Shown here: positions 49,609 through 58,508 of the stretch, one piece after another
Numbering within the stretch: position 1 is the stretch's first letter
Layout: every line of letters begins with the position of its first letter
Assembly: GCA_015059865.1 (NCBI GenBank)
Contig: SUZP01000004.1
Coordinates: forward strand, 2,300-66,299
Direction: 5' to 3'
From: Rikenellaceae bacterium
GTDB lineage: Bacteria > Bacteroidota > Bacteroidia > Bacteroidales > Rikenellaceae
DNA: 64,000 bases
Made by a program: the position numbers and the translations under genes
The notes under the pieces: generated by a model
Told to the model about the DNA's origin: nothing
The model's input: the letters and a program-made list of their open reading frames with translations, nothing else
Databases searched by the model: none

Positions 49609-52381
49609 CTGTATCTCTTTATTGGCAATTTTAATACTGCCACTGATGGCTATGGCGCAACAGAAGAGCCCTCAACAGCAGGGCGTTCAGCAGCCACAAC
49701 ATTCGTCAGCCACTTCGAGTATTATCAAAACCGGCTTCACCGACTTTGTCACGAGTAGCTTTATCAACTACTACGCTTCGGGAGGTATCCACGAAAAGTT
49801 GTACCTCGTTACCGACAAACCCTATTATAGTGCCGGCGACAAGATATTTTTTAGTGCATTTTTGGTAAATGCAACCTACTTCCAAAACACAACCGATACG
49901 CGCTACATCTATGTAGAGCTTATCGATGCAACGGGAAATGCGGTGGAGCGTATGCGAGTACAAGGCATAGGTGGTCGTTTCCATAACGCCATCGCTCTTT
50001 CGACAAAGATTACTCCGGGTAAGTACACCCTGCGTGCATACTCCAAGTGGCAAACCAACTTCGACAAGGAGCTTCTCTTCTCGAAGATTATCGATATTGG
50101 CAACTACATTGATGATGCAGTACGCACCAAAATATCGTACGAATTCGACAAGACAGGTCGTGTAGTAGCTATTGTAGAGGTTACGAACAATCACTTTGCG
50201 CCAATCCCGCAAAACGCTGTGGAGTACTCGCTCAACATAGACGGAAAGACAACAAACCATATGACACAAACCGATGCCAATGGTCTATTCCGCTTCTCGT
50301 TCCGCCCAAGTGCAAACAACTCGGATTGTATTCGCCTTCATATCAACGCCAATGGTCGTAAGTTGGATAGAAAAATTCAGCTCCCATCATTCGAGGATGA
50401 CTTCTCGGTGAAATTTATGCCTGAGGGCGGAAATCTCATTCAGGGCATTGAGCAGGTCGTTGCATTCAAGGCCGTAGGTGTTGATGGGCACGCTGTGAAT
50501 GTAAAAGGTGTTATTCGCACCAAGTCGGGCGAAGAGGTCTGCACCATAAACTCCAAACACGATGGTATGGGTAAGTTCCTCTTGACAGCCCAGCCTGAGG
50601 AGTCGTATATCGCTACACTCACAACCGACAATGGCGTGTCGCGTTCATTTACCCTACCGACTGCCGCTACCACAGGTTGCGCAATAAGAATTACACCAGA
50701 TGTAGATAACCGTCTTCTATTAAAGGTAACGACATCCGAAGATTTGCCAGTACAGCGTCTGGTTGCTATTGTGCAGTCGCGCGGTATAGTGAATTATGTA
50801 GTCGAAAATCTGACTCACGCTCTTCGTATTCCTCTCGACAAACTAAGAAGCGGTGTAGCGAATGTTTCGATTGTGGATAAGGCCACACGCACAGTGATAG
50901 CACAACGACTCTTCTTCGTGCGAGGTCCTATCGCCAAGGCTACCATAACACCAAGTGTCAAGAAGTTCTCTCCACGCGAGTTGGTAAATATCGATTTCGC
51001 CATAAAGAGCAGCAAAGGCACCCCTATCAAGGGTGATTTCGTGGCCTCTGTGGTTGATGATGCTCTCCTTAAAAAGAGTTCTCAGGCCGATAACATCCTC
51101 TCCTATCTATTACTCAACTCCGATTTGAAGGGACATATCGAAAACCCTACATACTACTTTGAGGGAGAAGATGCCGTACGCAACGAGAATTTAGACCTCG
51201 TGATGCTGACACACGGCTGGCGCAGATACAACATCAACAACATTCTTGCTGGCAAGAAGCCTATTCTCCGCCACCAGTTCGAGAACGAGCAATATATCTC
51301 AGGTCGCGTTGCAGATGCCATAGGCAAAGCACGCAATACGAGCGTGATGATATTCCGCAACAAGAAGGAGTACCTCGGAGTGCACCCTCTAAACAAGACC
51401 AATCGCTTCCATATCACAGGCATAGACTCGCCCGATACCACCATCTATCTGCTACAAGCCCTCAATCGTGACGGCAGCAGCAACCGCGTGCGTATCAAGG
51501 TAGACCCTTATATCTATCCAAAGATGCCTTTCATCTCGCGAGAGGTGTTCCAAAAGACAAAGGCTCCATCCCTCACCGAGGAGTATATGATGCGTTCGAA
51601 GCAGACCTACTTCGAGGATGGCGGTATACCGGTTATCGATATCGACGCCGTGGAGATTGTCGCAAAGCGTACCGAAAGCTACGAGTATTCGGCGTCACTC
51701 AACGACTTCAACACCGTGGGTGGCGATATGACCCGCTTCTCGTCTATCTTTGATGCGTTGCAACGCTTCAAGCAGCTGGAAATTGTAGGTAACAATGTAT
51801 ACATAAATAGTGCTAAAATGCATAGTAGTCGCTCTGATGACGCATCTTCAAACAATCCAGATGCTGCCGACGGCACTGCTCCAGATGTACCAGATATCGC
51901 CGAGGTTGATATGAGCGAGAAGGATAATCTTATGCCGGCTCTCTATGTCAATGGTCAGCAAATGGAGATGGATGTTATCGACGCCTACCCTATGAGCGAG
52001 GTTATCAGTGTCTCCTACCTCGATAAGTTCGAGTCTATGGCCGCAGGAATGAGCTCCGAGACGGGAGCTATAGTACTCCATGTGCGCAATATCGATGCAC
52101 GCGAGAAGCTCCTTATCAAATCTATGGCAGAGATTATTGTTCCGGGCTATGCTACACCAACCGAATTCTATGCCCCTGACTACTCTGTGAAGAACGACCG
52201 CAGCAAACGCGACAACCGTACCACTATTGCATGGGTACCATCTTTGCAGAGCAACTCGTTAGGCGATGCAAGCATCACCTTCTGGACAGCAGACCGCCCA
52301 TCAAACTACCGCGTTGTCATCGAGGGTATCACTGCCGAGGGTGAACTTCTCTATAATGAGATGATTTTGCAGGCGAAATAG
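49592..52381 (+). CDS. Large exported MG2-domain protein of a Bacteroidota family often annotated with a TonB plug
   Basis: EKLYL.TDKPYY.AGD, F.PEGG.L, LLL.SDLKG.IENP, LDLVMLTHGWRRY and D.RTTI.W.P motifs. Confidence 0.75.
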   Translation: MKIFRNCISLLAILILPLMAMAQQKSPQQQGVQQPQHSSATSSIIKTGFTDFVTSSFINYYASGGIHEKLYLVTDKPYYSAGDKIFFSAFLVNATYFQNTTDTRYIYVELIDATGNAVERMRVQGIGGRFHNAIALSTKITPGKYTLRAYSKWQTNFDKELLFSKIIDIGNYIDDAVRTKISYEFDKTGRVVAIVEVTNNHFAPIPQNAVEYSLNIDGKTTNHMTQTDANGLFRFSFRPSANNSDCIRLHINANGRKLDRKIQLPSFEDDFSVKFMPEGGNLIQGIEQVVAFKAVGVDGHAVNVKGVIRTKSGEEVCTINSKHDGMGKFLLTAQPEESYIATLTTDNGVSRSFTLPTAATTGCAIRITPDVDNRLLLKVTTSEDLPVQRLVAIVQSRGIVNYVVENLTHALRIPLDKLRSGVANVSIVDKATRTVIAQRLFFVRGPIAKATITPSVKKFSPRELVNIDFAIKSSKGTPIKGDFVASVVDDALLKKSSQADNILSYLLLNSDLKGHIENPTYYFEGEDAVRNENLDLVMLTHGWRRYNINNILAGKKPILRHQFENEQYISGRVADAIGKARNTSVMIFRNKKEYLGVHPLNKTNRFHITGIDSPDTTIYLLQALNRDGSSNRVRIKVDPYIYPKMPFISREVFQKTKAPSLTEEYMMRSKQTYFEDGGIPVIDIDAVEIVAKRTESYEYSASLNDFNTVGGDMTRFSSIFDALQRFKQLEIVGNNVYINSAKMHSSRSDDASSNNPDAADGTAPDVPDIAEVDMSEKDNLMPALYVNGQQMEMDVIDAYPMSEVISVSYLDKFESMAAGMSSETGAIVLHVRNIDAREKLLIKSMAEIIVPGYATPTEFYAPDYSVKNDRSKRDNRTTIAWVPSLQSNSLGDASITFWTADRPSNYRVVIEGITAEGELLYNEMILQAK

Positions 52382-52397
52382 CACCTAATACGACAGT

Positions 52398-52438
52398 AAA
52401 GAGGTCGGGTATTGTTTTTCGATACCCGACCTCTTTTT
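52398..52438 (+). terminator. Intrinsic terminator
   Basis: AAAGAGGTCGGGTAT/ATACCCGACCTCTTT followed by a T tract. Confidence 0.8.
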
Positions 52439-52440
52439 CT

Positions 52441-52475
52441 AATTGACAATTGACAGTTGATAATTGACAATTAAA
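52441..52475 (+). repeat. AATTGAC element (5 units)
   Basis: AATTGAC AATTGAC AGTTGAT AATTGAC AATTAAA. Confidence 0.85.
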
Positions 52476-52537
52476 TGATGGAGCCAGAAAATGCCAAGCA
52501 TACAAGAAAATCGCACCGAATAAATTGAATTTTAATG

Positions 52538-52847
52538 TGAGGATTAATTTTAAGGGTGCAGTTGCTATAAAGATGAAAAATTTAATTTTAAGCAGATGAG
52601 AGTAAGGCATACAAGAACTGACGCACGAAGCAAGCGCAGAGGGTAAATTCATTTACACTATGCCTTGCAAGAAGGAAGAAAACAGGGTTAAATTCGCTTG
52701 CGCAGTTTACTAAGCATATCTGAGGATTAATTTTAAGGGTGCAGTTGCAACGCTATCAAAAGAAAATGAGATGGGCGCATACTAAGCGTATGTAACCATC
52801 TCATTTTATGAAGATAAGGAAGCAAATGCCCCTTAAAATTAATCCTC
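52538..52847. repeat. Composite palindromic element with a 28-bp direct repeat and an 18-bp terminal inverted repeat
   Basis: TGAGGATTAATTTTAAGGGTGCAGTTGC at 52538 and 52721; CCCTTAAAATTAATCCTC at 52830-52847; core CATAC-taagc-GTATG. Confidence 0.85.
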
Positions 52848-53591
52848 GTCGCCGGGAACGAGTATACGACCACAATACTCGCACACAATCAACTTCTTAC
52901 CAAGGCGAATGTCTGCTTGACGCTGTGGTGGGATGCGATTGAAACAGCCGCTGCAAGCATCACGCTTTACGGTAACTACGGCAAGACCATTGCGCACCTT
53001 AGAACGGATACGACCGTATGCAGTGAGAAGACGCTCGTCAATCTTAGACTGAGCAACCTTAGCCTTAGCTGCAAGCTCCTTAACCTCCTCGGCAGTCTCG
53101 CTCTCGATACTTTCGAGCTCCTGACGCTTAACATCGAGGTCAGCCTGACGCTCATTAAGCTCGTTTTGTGTAGTCTCGACAGAGGCCTTCTTTGTCTTGG
53201 TTGCCACAGCATACTCCTTCAAGCGCTTCTCGGCAAGGGTGATTTCGAGCAACTGGTACTCAATCTCCTTCTCCAACGACTCGTACTCACGATTGTTACG
53301 AACATTATCCTGCTGCTCCTTGTAGCGAGCGATAAGGGCGTTAGCCTCCTCAATCTCGCGCTGACGCTGCTTGGTGAGCGATGCCAACTCGTCAATCTCG
53401 CGATTGATATTGTTAAGACGAGTATTCAAACCCTCTACGGTGTCCTCCAAATCCTCAACCTCCAATGGCAATTCACCCTTGACCTTGTTGATTTCGTCAA
53501 TCTGAGAGTCAATCTTCTGCAACTCGTAGAGAGCAACAATCTTCTCGTACATCGAGTAATCTACCTCTGCTGTCTTTTTCTTTGTAGCCAT
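52839..53591 (-). CDS. Coiled-coil protein with C4-type zinc ribbon
   Basis: Long coiled coil; CSGC...CEYCGRIL; adjacent to Nif3. Confidence 0.9.
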   Translation of the reverse strand: MATKKKTAEVDYSMYEKIVALYELQKIDSQIDEINKVKGELPLEVEDLEDTVEGLNTRLNNINREIDELASLTKQRQREIEEANALIARYKEQQDNVRNNREYESLEKEIEYQLLEITLAEKRLKEYAVATKTKKASVETTQNELNERQADLDVKRQELESIESETAEEVKELAAKAKVAQSKIDERLLTAYGRIRSKVRNGLAVVTVKRDACSGCFNRIPPQRQADIRLGKKLIVCEYCGRILVPGDED

Positions 53592-53666
53592 ATATTTTAG
53601 TTTTACTATTTTCTTCCTACCGAAAAATCTAAACTCGGAAACCTCAACCTCTTACACCTCAATCAA

Positions 53667-54449
53667 TTACACGAAGTAATGGACTGGGTTTTTCGATTGA
53701 GCGCTCTTGTGGAGCGCAAAGTTAATAAAAATTTTTGATAAAATGTCAAATAAAATTGCAATTGCGCAAAATTCACTCTCAAAATGTCCCATATCGACAA
53801 CCACAAACTCGGAGTCGGGTGTATAAAAGTCGTTATATTTGAGGTCTGCGGTAAGGTATATATCGCACTTTGAAGCTCTCGCCTCGCGCATCAACGATGC
53901 ACCTGCACCAGTACATATTGCAACACGCCGAACCTCACGACCGAGTAGTGCGCTATGTCGCAGCGCCTCAACCGAGAAGGTCTGCTGCACCTGCTTCAAA
54001 AATGCAGTTTCGGATAGTGGCTGCGCGAGTGTTCCGACAACGCCAAATCCTGCCCCCTCAGCCGTAGGCTGCAAAACCTCCATATCCTGCAATCCGAGCA
54101 TTTCGCCCACGCGCCAACTCATTCCATTGGGTGCTGAGTCGAGATTGGTATGGCAGGCGTAAAGTGCTATATTATTGCGAATTGCCATCTCCACACAACG
54201 CTCCACTACCGACGCCGAATTGAGTCGTTTCAGCGGATGAAAAATTATCGGGTGGTGGGTAATTATCAACCCGCAACCCCTCTCTATTGCCTCGGCAATA
54301 ACCTCCTCCGTAACATCGACAGCAAGCAACACTCCACCTCGCAACTCATCATCAAGGCGACCAACCACCAAGCCAGCATTGTCGTACGACTCCTGCAATG
54401 AAAGCGGAGCGAACTCCTCTATCGGAGCAATTATATCTCTAATTTTCAT
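53667..54449 (-). CDS. Nif3-like dinuclear metal centre protein
   Basis: QESYDNAGL, THHPIIF, HTNLD and GHFESE motifs. Confidence 0.93.
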   Translation of the reverse strand: MKIRDIIAPIEEFAPLSLQESYDNAGLVVGRLDDELRGGVLLAVDVTEEVIAEAIERGCGLIITHHPIIFHPLKRLNSASVVERCVEMAIRNNIALYACHTNLDSAPNGMSWRVGEMLGLQDMEVLQPTAEGAGFGVVGTLAQPLSETAFLKQVQQTFSVEALRHSALLGREVRRVAICTGAGASLMREARASKCDIYLTADLKYNDFYTPDSEFVVVDMGHFESEFCAIAILFDILSKIFINFALHKSAQSKNPVHYFV

Positions 54450-54460
54450 CACCTCGTATC

Positions 54461-54952
54461 TTAAAACAAAGTTTGTTCAAAGAATGGGAAGAGAGGTCTT
54501 TCGACGACACCCTCCTCGCCAATAAGTTTACGGCGCGGTGTGCGTTTTTTCTTCGGTGTAGACTCAGCAGACTCCTCTTGCGCAGCCACAGCCGGAGCGA
54601 CACTCTCTATCGGCTCCTCCTCGCCAATACTCTCGCGCATCTCGACCAACATCGCACGCAGAGTTTGCAACTGCTCCAACAATACCATATCGTTATCGCT
54701 AACCTCCTCAGCCTCAATAGCACTCTTACGCATAGCCCTCTTCGCTCCCTCGATAGTCAGCTTGCGCTCGCGTAGCAGATGATGAATACGCTTCAATCGC
54801 TCAACATCGTTCTGTGTGAATATTCGATTTCCCCGTTTGTTTCGCTTCGGGCGCAAACAACTGAAATGCTCGCACCAATAGCGTATAACAGTGGGCTCAA
54901 CATCGAACATCTCTGTCACATCGCCCATTGAATAGTAGATTTTCTCTGCCAT
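54461..54952 (-). CDS. MerR family HTH regulator
   Basis: YYSMGDV, IRYW, GNRIF and TIEGAK motifs. Confidence 0.88.
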   Translation of the reverse strand: MAEKIYYSMGDVTEMFDVEPTVIRYWCEHFSCLRPKRNKRGNRIFTQNDVERLKRIHHLLRERKLTIEGAKRAMRKSAIEAEEVSDNDMVLLEQLQTLRAMLVEMRESIGEEEPIESVAPAVAAQEESAESTPKKKRTPRRKLIGEEGVVERPLFPFFEQTLF

Positions 54953-54956
54953 ATTT

Positions 54957-56324
54957 TTACATATTCATAATTTTCAACGAATTGGGATATAGATTATTAC
55001 ATCTTGCACCCACTCTCTTCACAAAACCCAAGGCTCGTCCCTTGTGCGTCACAAGGTTTATACCTTCCGCCATATCACCGACTGCGATATCTTTTTTTCG
55101 CAGATAGTCCAATGCTCTCGCCTCGTCAAGCTCCTCAACTGCCACAGCCTCACGCGACAAGCCCACATATTGCGACAACGCCCAATCGGGTTTCAGTTTA
55201 TTCTTAAAAATCTGTCCCATAGCCACACCCGAATATATCGCGGTCAAACCCTCGGAGAGAGCCTGCACAGCCTTGAACTGCTCGGCGTGGTAAGCATATA
55301 TTGTATCTGCAACCAGTGCAAAGAGATAATTCTCAGGCTCTTGCAGCCAGCGCGACAACTCCTTTCGCGAAGCCTTATCCACCTCCTGCATAACCTTTTT
55401 ACGAGCCTTAGGAGTGCGCTGTGTTGTCGGCTCAGCCTTGCGTGCCACCGCAACAAACAACCCCTCACTATCTGTCTTGTGTGGGAAGAATCTAAATGTT
55501 TGAAAGGCCCCTACTTCACCCCTCACAATGCCCCACTCTTCCTCTACACAAACCCTCTGCGATGGCGCAAAAACATCGCCAACCTCCTCGATAAAGGAGC
55601 GTAAAACACCCTCATCCTCCTCGTCATTGAAGGTGCAGGTGCTGTATATAAATAGTCCACCATCTTTGAGCGACCGCCACGCCTCGCGCACAATCGACAT
55701 CTGTCGTGCAGCGCACATCTTGACAGCCTCCTCGCTCCAATCCTCACGAGCAACCTCCTCCTTGCGGAACATACCCTCACCTGAACAAGGAGCATCGACA
55801 GCAACAACATCAAACCAACCCTCAAACTGTGCCAAGTGTTCGGGCGCGTTGTTCGTTACGAGGACATTTCCAAATCCCCACTTGCGCACATTATCCGCCA
55901 ACACATTGGCACGCGAGCGCACATATTCATTTGCAACGACCAAGCCCGACTCGCACACTGCGGTAGAGTAGATAGTGGTCTTACCGCCCGGCGCCGAGCA
56001 CATATCCAGCACCCTTCTACCCCGCAAATCTTCGCCTGCGATAATATGAGCTATAAACTGCGAGGCAGCCTCCTGCACATAGTAGGCTCCTGCGTGAAAA
56101 GCTGTATCGAGGGTAAAGGAGGGGCGTTCCCTCAATTTACGGCCACTCTCACACCACGCCACCTGCTCACCATCACTCCAAACACCCTCCTCACCACACT
56201 TGGCAGGATTAAGTCGCACGGCAACGGGCGACGCAGAGTCAAGCGCAACGAATAGGCGTTCAGCCTCTTCTGCCCCTAACTGCTTACGCATACGCTCCGT
56301 AAAGGCGATAGGCAGCTCTATCAT
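54957..56324 (-). CDS. rsmF: RsmB/RsmF (NOL1/NOP2) rRNA m5C methyltransferase
   Basis: YYVQE, DMCSAPGGKT, DAPCSGEGMFRK and YSTCT motifs. Confidence 0.88.
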   Translation of the reverse strand: MIELPIAFTERMRKQLGAEEAERLFVALDSASPVAVRLNPAKCGEEGVWSDGEQVAWCESGRKLRERPSFTLDTAFHAGAYYVQEAASQFIAHIIAGEDLRGRRVLDMCSAPGGKTTIYSTAVCESGLVVANEYVRSRANVLADNVRKWGFGNVLVTNNAPEHLAQFEGWFDVVAVDAPCSGEGMFRKEEVAREDWSEEAVKMCAARQMSIVREAWRSLKDGGLFIYSTCTFNDEEDEGVLRSFIEEVGDVFAPSQRVCVEEEWGIVRGEVGAFQTFRFFPHKTDSEGLFVAVARKAEPTTQRTPKARKKVMQEVDKASRKELSRWLQEPENYLFALVADTIYAYHAEQFKAVQALSEGLTAIYSGVAMGQIFKNKLKPDWALSQYVGLSREAVAVEELDEARALDYLRKKDIAVGDMAEGINLVTHKGRALGFVKRVGARCNNLYPNSLKIMNM

Positions 56325-56327
56325 TCT

Positions 56328-56942
56328 TTAACCCTTTGCAGCTTTAATTGCATCAAGACGCTCATAAAGAGCCTCCAACACCTTGGCATTCTCTATGAAG
56401 TCGCTATTATCCTTATCGATAACAAAGACCTCCCCTTCGTAGTTCTTCTCTATCCAGTTGTTGTATCTCTCATTTAATCTTTCGAGATACTCCACCTCGA
56501 TATTCTGCTCGTAGTCGCGACCACGCTTGCGTATCTGCTTCACCAAAGTAGGCACGCTTGCCTTCAAATAGATAAGCAAATCGGGCTTTGGAATAAGGCT
56601 GGTAGAGATATCAAACAGCTTCATATATGTTCCGAAGTCGCGCGACGACATCGAGCCCATCTGATGCAAGTTGCCCGCAAAGATGTGAGCATCCTCATAT
56701 ATCGTACGGTCTTGGAACACCACCTCCGAGCCATCTGCCAACATATCCATAGTCTGACGAATACGGCTTGCGAGGAAGTGCACCTGAAATTGGAACGCCC
56801 AACGGTTCATATCCTCGTAGAAGTCGTTGATATAGGGGTTATCTATATCTTCGTAGTAGGCCTTTGCACCATAGTGCTTAGTCAAAATCTCGGTCAGCGT
56901 AGTCTTGCCACTACCGATGTTTCCTGCGATTGCGATATACAT
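56328..56942 (-). CDS. Deoxynucleoside kinase
   Basis: IAGNIGSGKTT, DRTIYED and RGRDYE motifs. Confidence 0.93.
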   Translation of the reverse strand: MYIAIAGNIGSGKTTLTEILTKHYGAKAYYEDIDNPYINDFYEDMNRWAFQFQVHFLASRIRQTMDMLADGSEVVFQDRTIYEDAHIFAGNLHQMGSMSSRDFGTYMKLFDISTSLIPKPDLLIYLKASVPTLVKQIRKRGRDYEQNIEVEYLERLNERYNNWIEKNYEGEVFVIDKDNSDFIENAKVLEALYERLDAIKAAKG

Positions 56943-56975
56943 AGGGTTAGTTGTTTTATTTGTTGCTCTTATTCT

Positions 56976-58313
56976 CTAATTGAAGTAGTAGCCCACCTTG
57001 CTCACTGCCGAAGGCATAGCAAAGACCACCACACGGTCGTAGGCCGATATCTCGGTATTGCCAGATGCGATAAAGACCTTGTCGCCACGCACAATGCCTC
57101 CAATAGTAACATCGGCAGGCAAGCCCAAATTCTTAATCGGAGCCTTCGTTGCTGGCGAATTTGGCTTGACAATAAACTCCATAACCTCGGCATCGCTACC
57201 CGTCAAGCACTTGATAGCCAAGACATCCGTAGACATCGTAAAGCGGAAGATATTTGATGCTGTAACCATCTTTTTGTTGATAATGGTATCGACACCTACG
57301 CTATCTGCAAGGTTGATATAATTCAAGTTCTCAACCTCGGCAATAACCTTCTTTACACCCATACGCTTCGCCAACATCGCAGTCAGGATATTCGTCTCGC
57401 TACGCCCTGTAACCGCAACAAAAGCGTCCATATTGGACAATCCCTCCTCCATCATCGCCTCGGTATTTCTACCATCCTCGTTGATAATCAAGGTCTTTTC
57501 GAGTTGCTCGGCCAAGCGATACGCCTTGTCGGCATTATAATCTATAAGTTTGATATTCACATCCTCCTGCATCGCCTGCGCAATCTGCACGCCAATACGC
57601 GAGCCTCCGAGAATCATCATATTTTTAATCTCGACATCACCCTGTCCCGACAGAGCCATAATCTCGCCCACCGAGTCGTGGCGAGCGATGATATAGACCA
57701 TATCATCAACCATATAGGAGTCGGTGCCGTGCGGAATAATGGTGTTGCCATCGCGCGAGATGGCCACCGTGCGATACGAAGCACTCTCATCCACCGAGAA
57801 GCTCGACAACTCACGACCAACCAGAGGCGATGTAGGCTCCAAGCGGAAGACCGCTAACGCAAGACGACCACCCGAAAAATCGACAAACTCCGTAGTCGAG
57901 GTGTGTCCAAGTAGTGTGATAACCTCCTCGGCAGCAATCTTCTCAGGGTAGAACATATAGTCGATACCCATATTGATAAACATCTCCTTGTTGTTAGGTT
58001 CGAGATACTCGTTGTTATCGATACGGGCAATAGCCTTCTTAGCACCGAGCTGCTTAGCCATTATCGCTGCGAGAATGTTGTCATTCTCGACAGGATGCAC
58101 CGCAATAAAGAGGTCGCACTTGCGCACCGAAGCCTTACGCAACACAGCGAAGGTGGTCGAGTCGCCCTCCACCGTGATAACATCTGCCAAACTCGCAATT
58201 TCAGCCAACGCCTTAGCCTCGGCATCAATCACCGTAATATCGTGTCCATTGCCACTAAGCATCTTCGCCAAGTGGCTACCCATCTCTCCTATGCCTGCAA
58301 TAACGATTTTCAT
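56976..58313 (-). CDS. trkA: Trk potassium uptake protein TrkA
   Basis: Two RCK N/C domain pairs; IAGIGEMG and ILGGSRIG Rossmann motifs. Confidence 0.93.
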   Translation of the reverse strand: MKIVIAGIGEMGSHLAKMLSGNGHDITVIDAEAKALAEIASLADVITVEGDSTTFAVLRKASVRKCDLFIAVHPVENDNILAAIMAKQLGAKKAIARIDNNEYLEPNNKEMFINMGIDYMFYPEKIAAEEVITLLGHTSTTEFVDFSGGRLALAVFRLEPTSPLVGRELSSFSVDESASYRTVAISRDGNTIIPHGTDSYMVDDMVYIIARHDSVGEIMALSGQGDVEIKNMMILGGSRIGVQIAQAMQEDVNIKLIDYNADKAYRLAEQLEKTLIINEDGRNTEAMMEEGLSNMDAFVAVTGRSETNILTAMLAKRMGVKKVIAEVENLNYINLADSVGVDTIINKKMVTASNIFRFTMSTDVLAIKCLTGSDAEVMEFIVKPNSPATKAPIKNLGLPADVTIGGIVRGDKVFIASGNTEISAYDRVVVFAMPSAVSKVGYYFN

Positions 58314-58375
58314 ACGCTACTTTTATATATATGCGCACTATTTATGCAATTTAGTGTTACAAATATATACAAAAT

Positions 58376-58412
58376 AATTGATAATTAATAATTAGCAATC
58401 GACAATTAAAGG
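58376..58412 (+). repeat. Degenerate AATTGAC element (5 units ending AATTAAAGG)
   Basis: AATTGAT AATTAAT AATTAGC AATCGAC AATTAAA GG. Confidence 0.75.
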
Positions 58413-58508
58413 ATTTTTTAATATAAATGGGGTTAAATTGCCTATAATCAGCAAGAAATAAGGGTGATACCCAATGGCATCACCCTCACTCATTGCTCTT
58501 TTTATGGT

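Noticed and set aside
53717-53724. Internal TAACTTTG promoter-like box in the Nif3 gene 3' end (- strand)
   Set aside because: It is a plausible promoter for the zinc-ribbon gene, but an 8-bp match inside coding sequence is not enough support.
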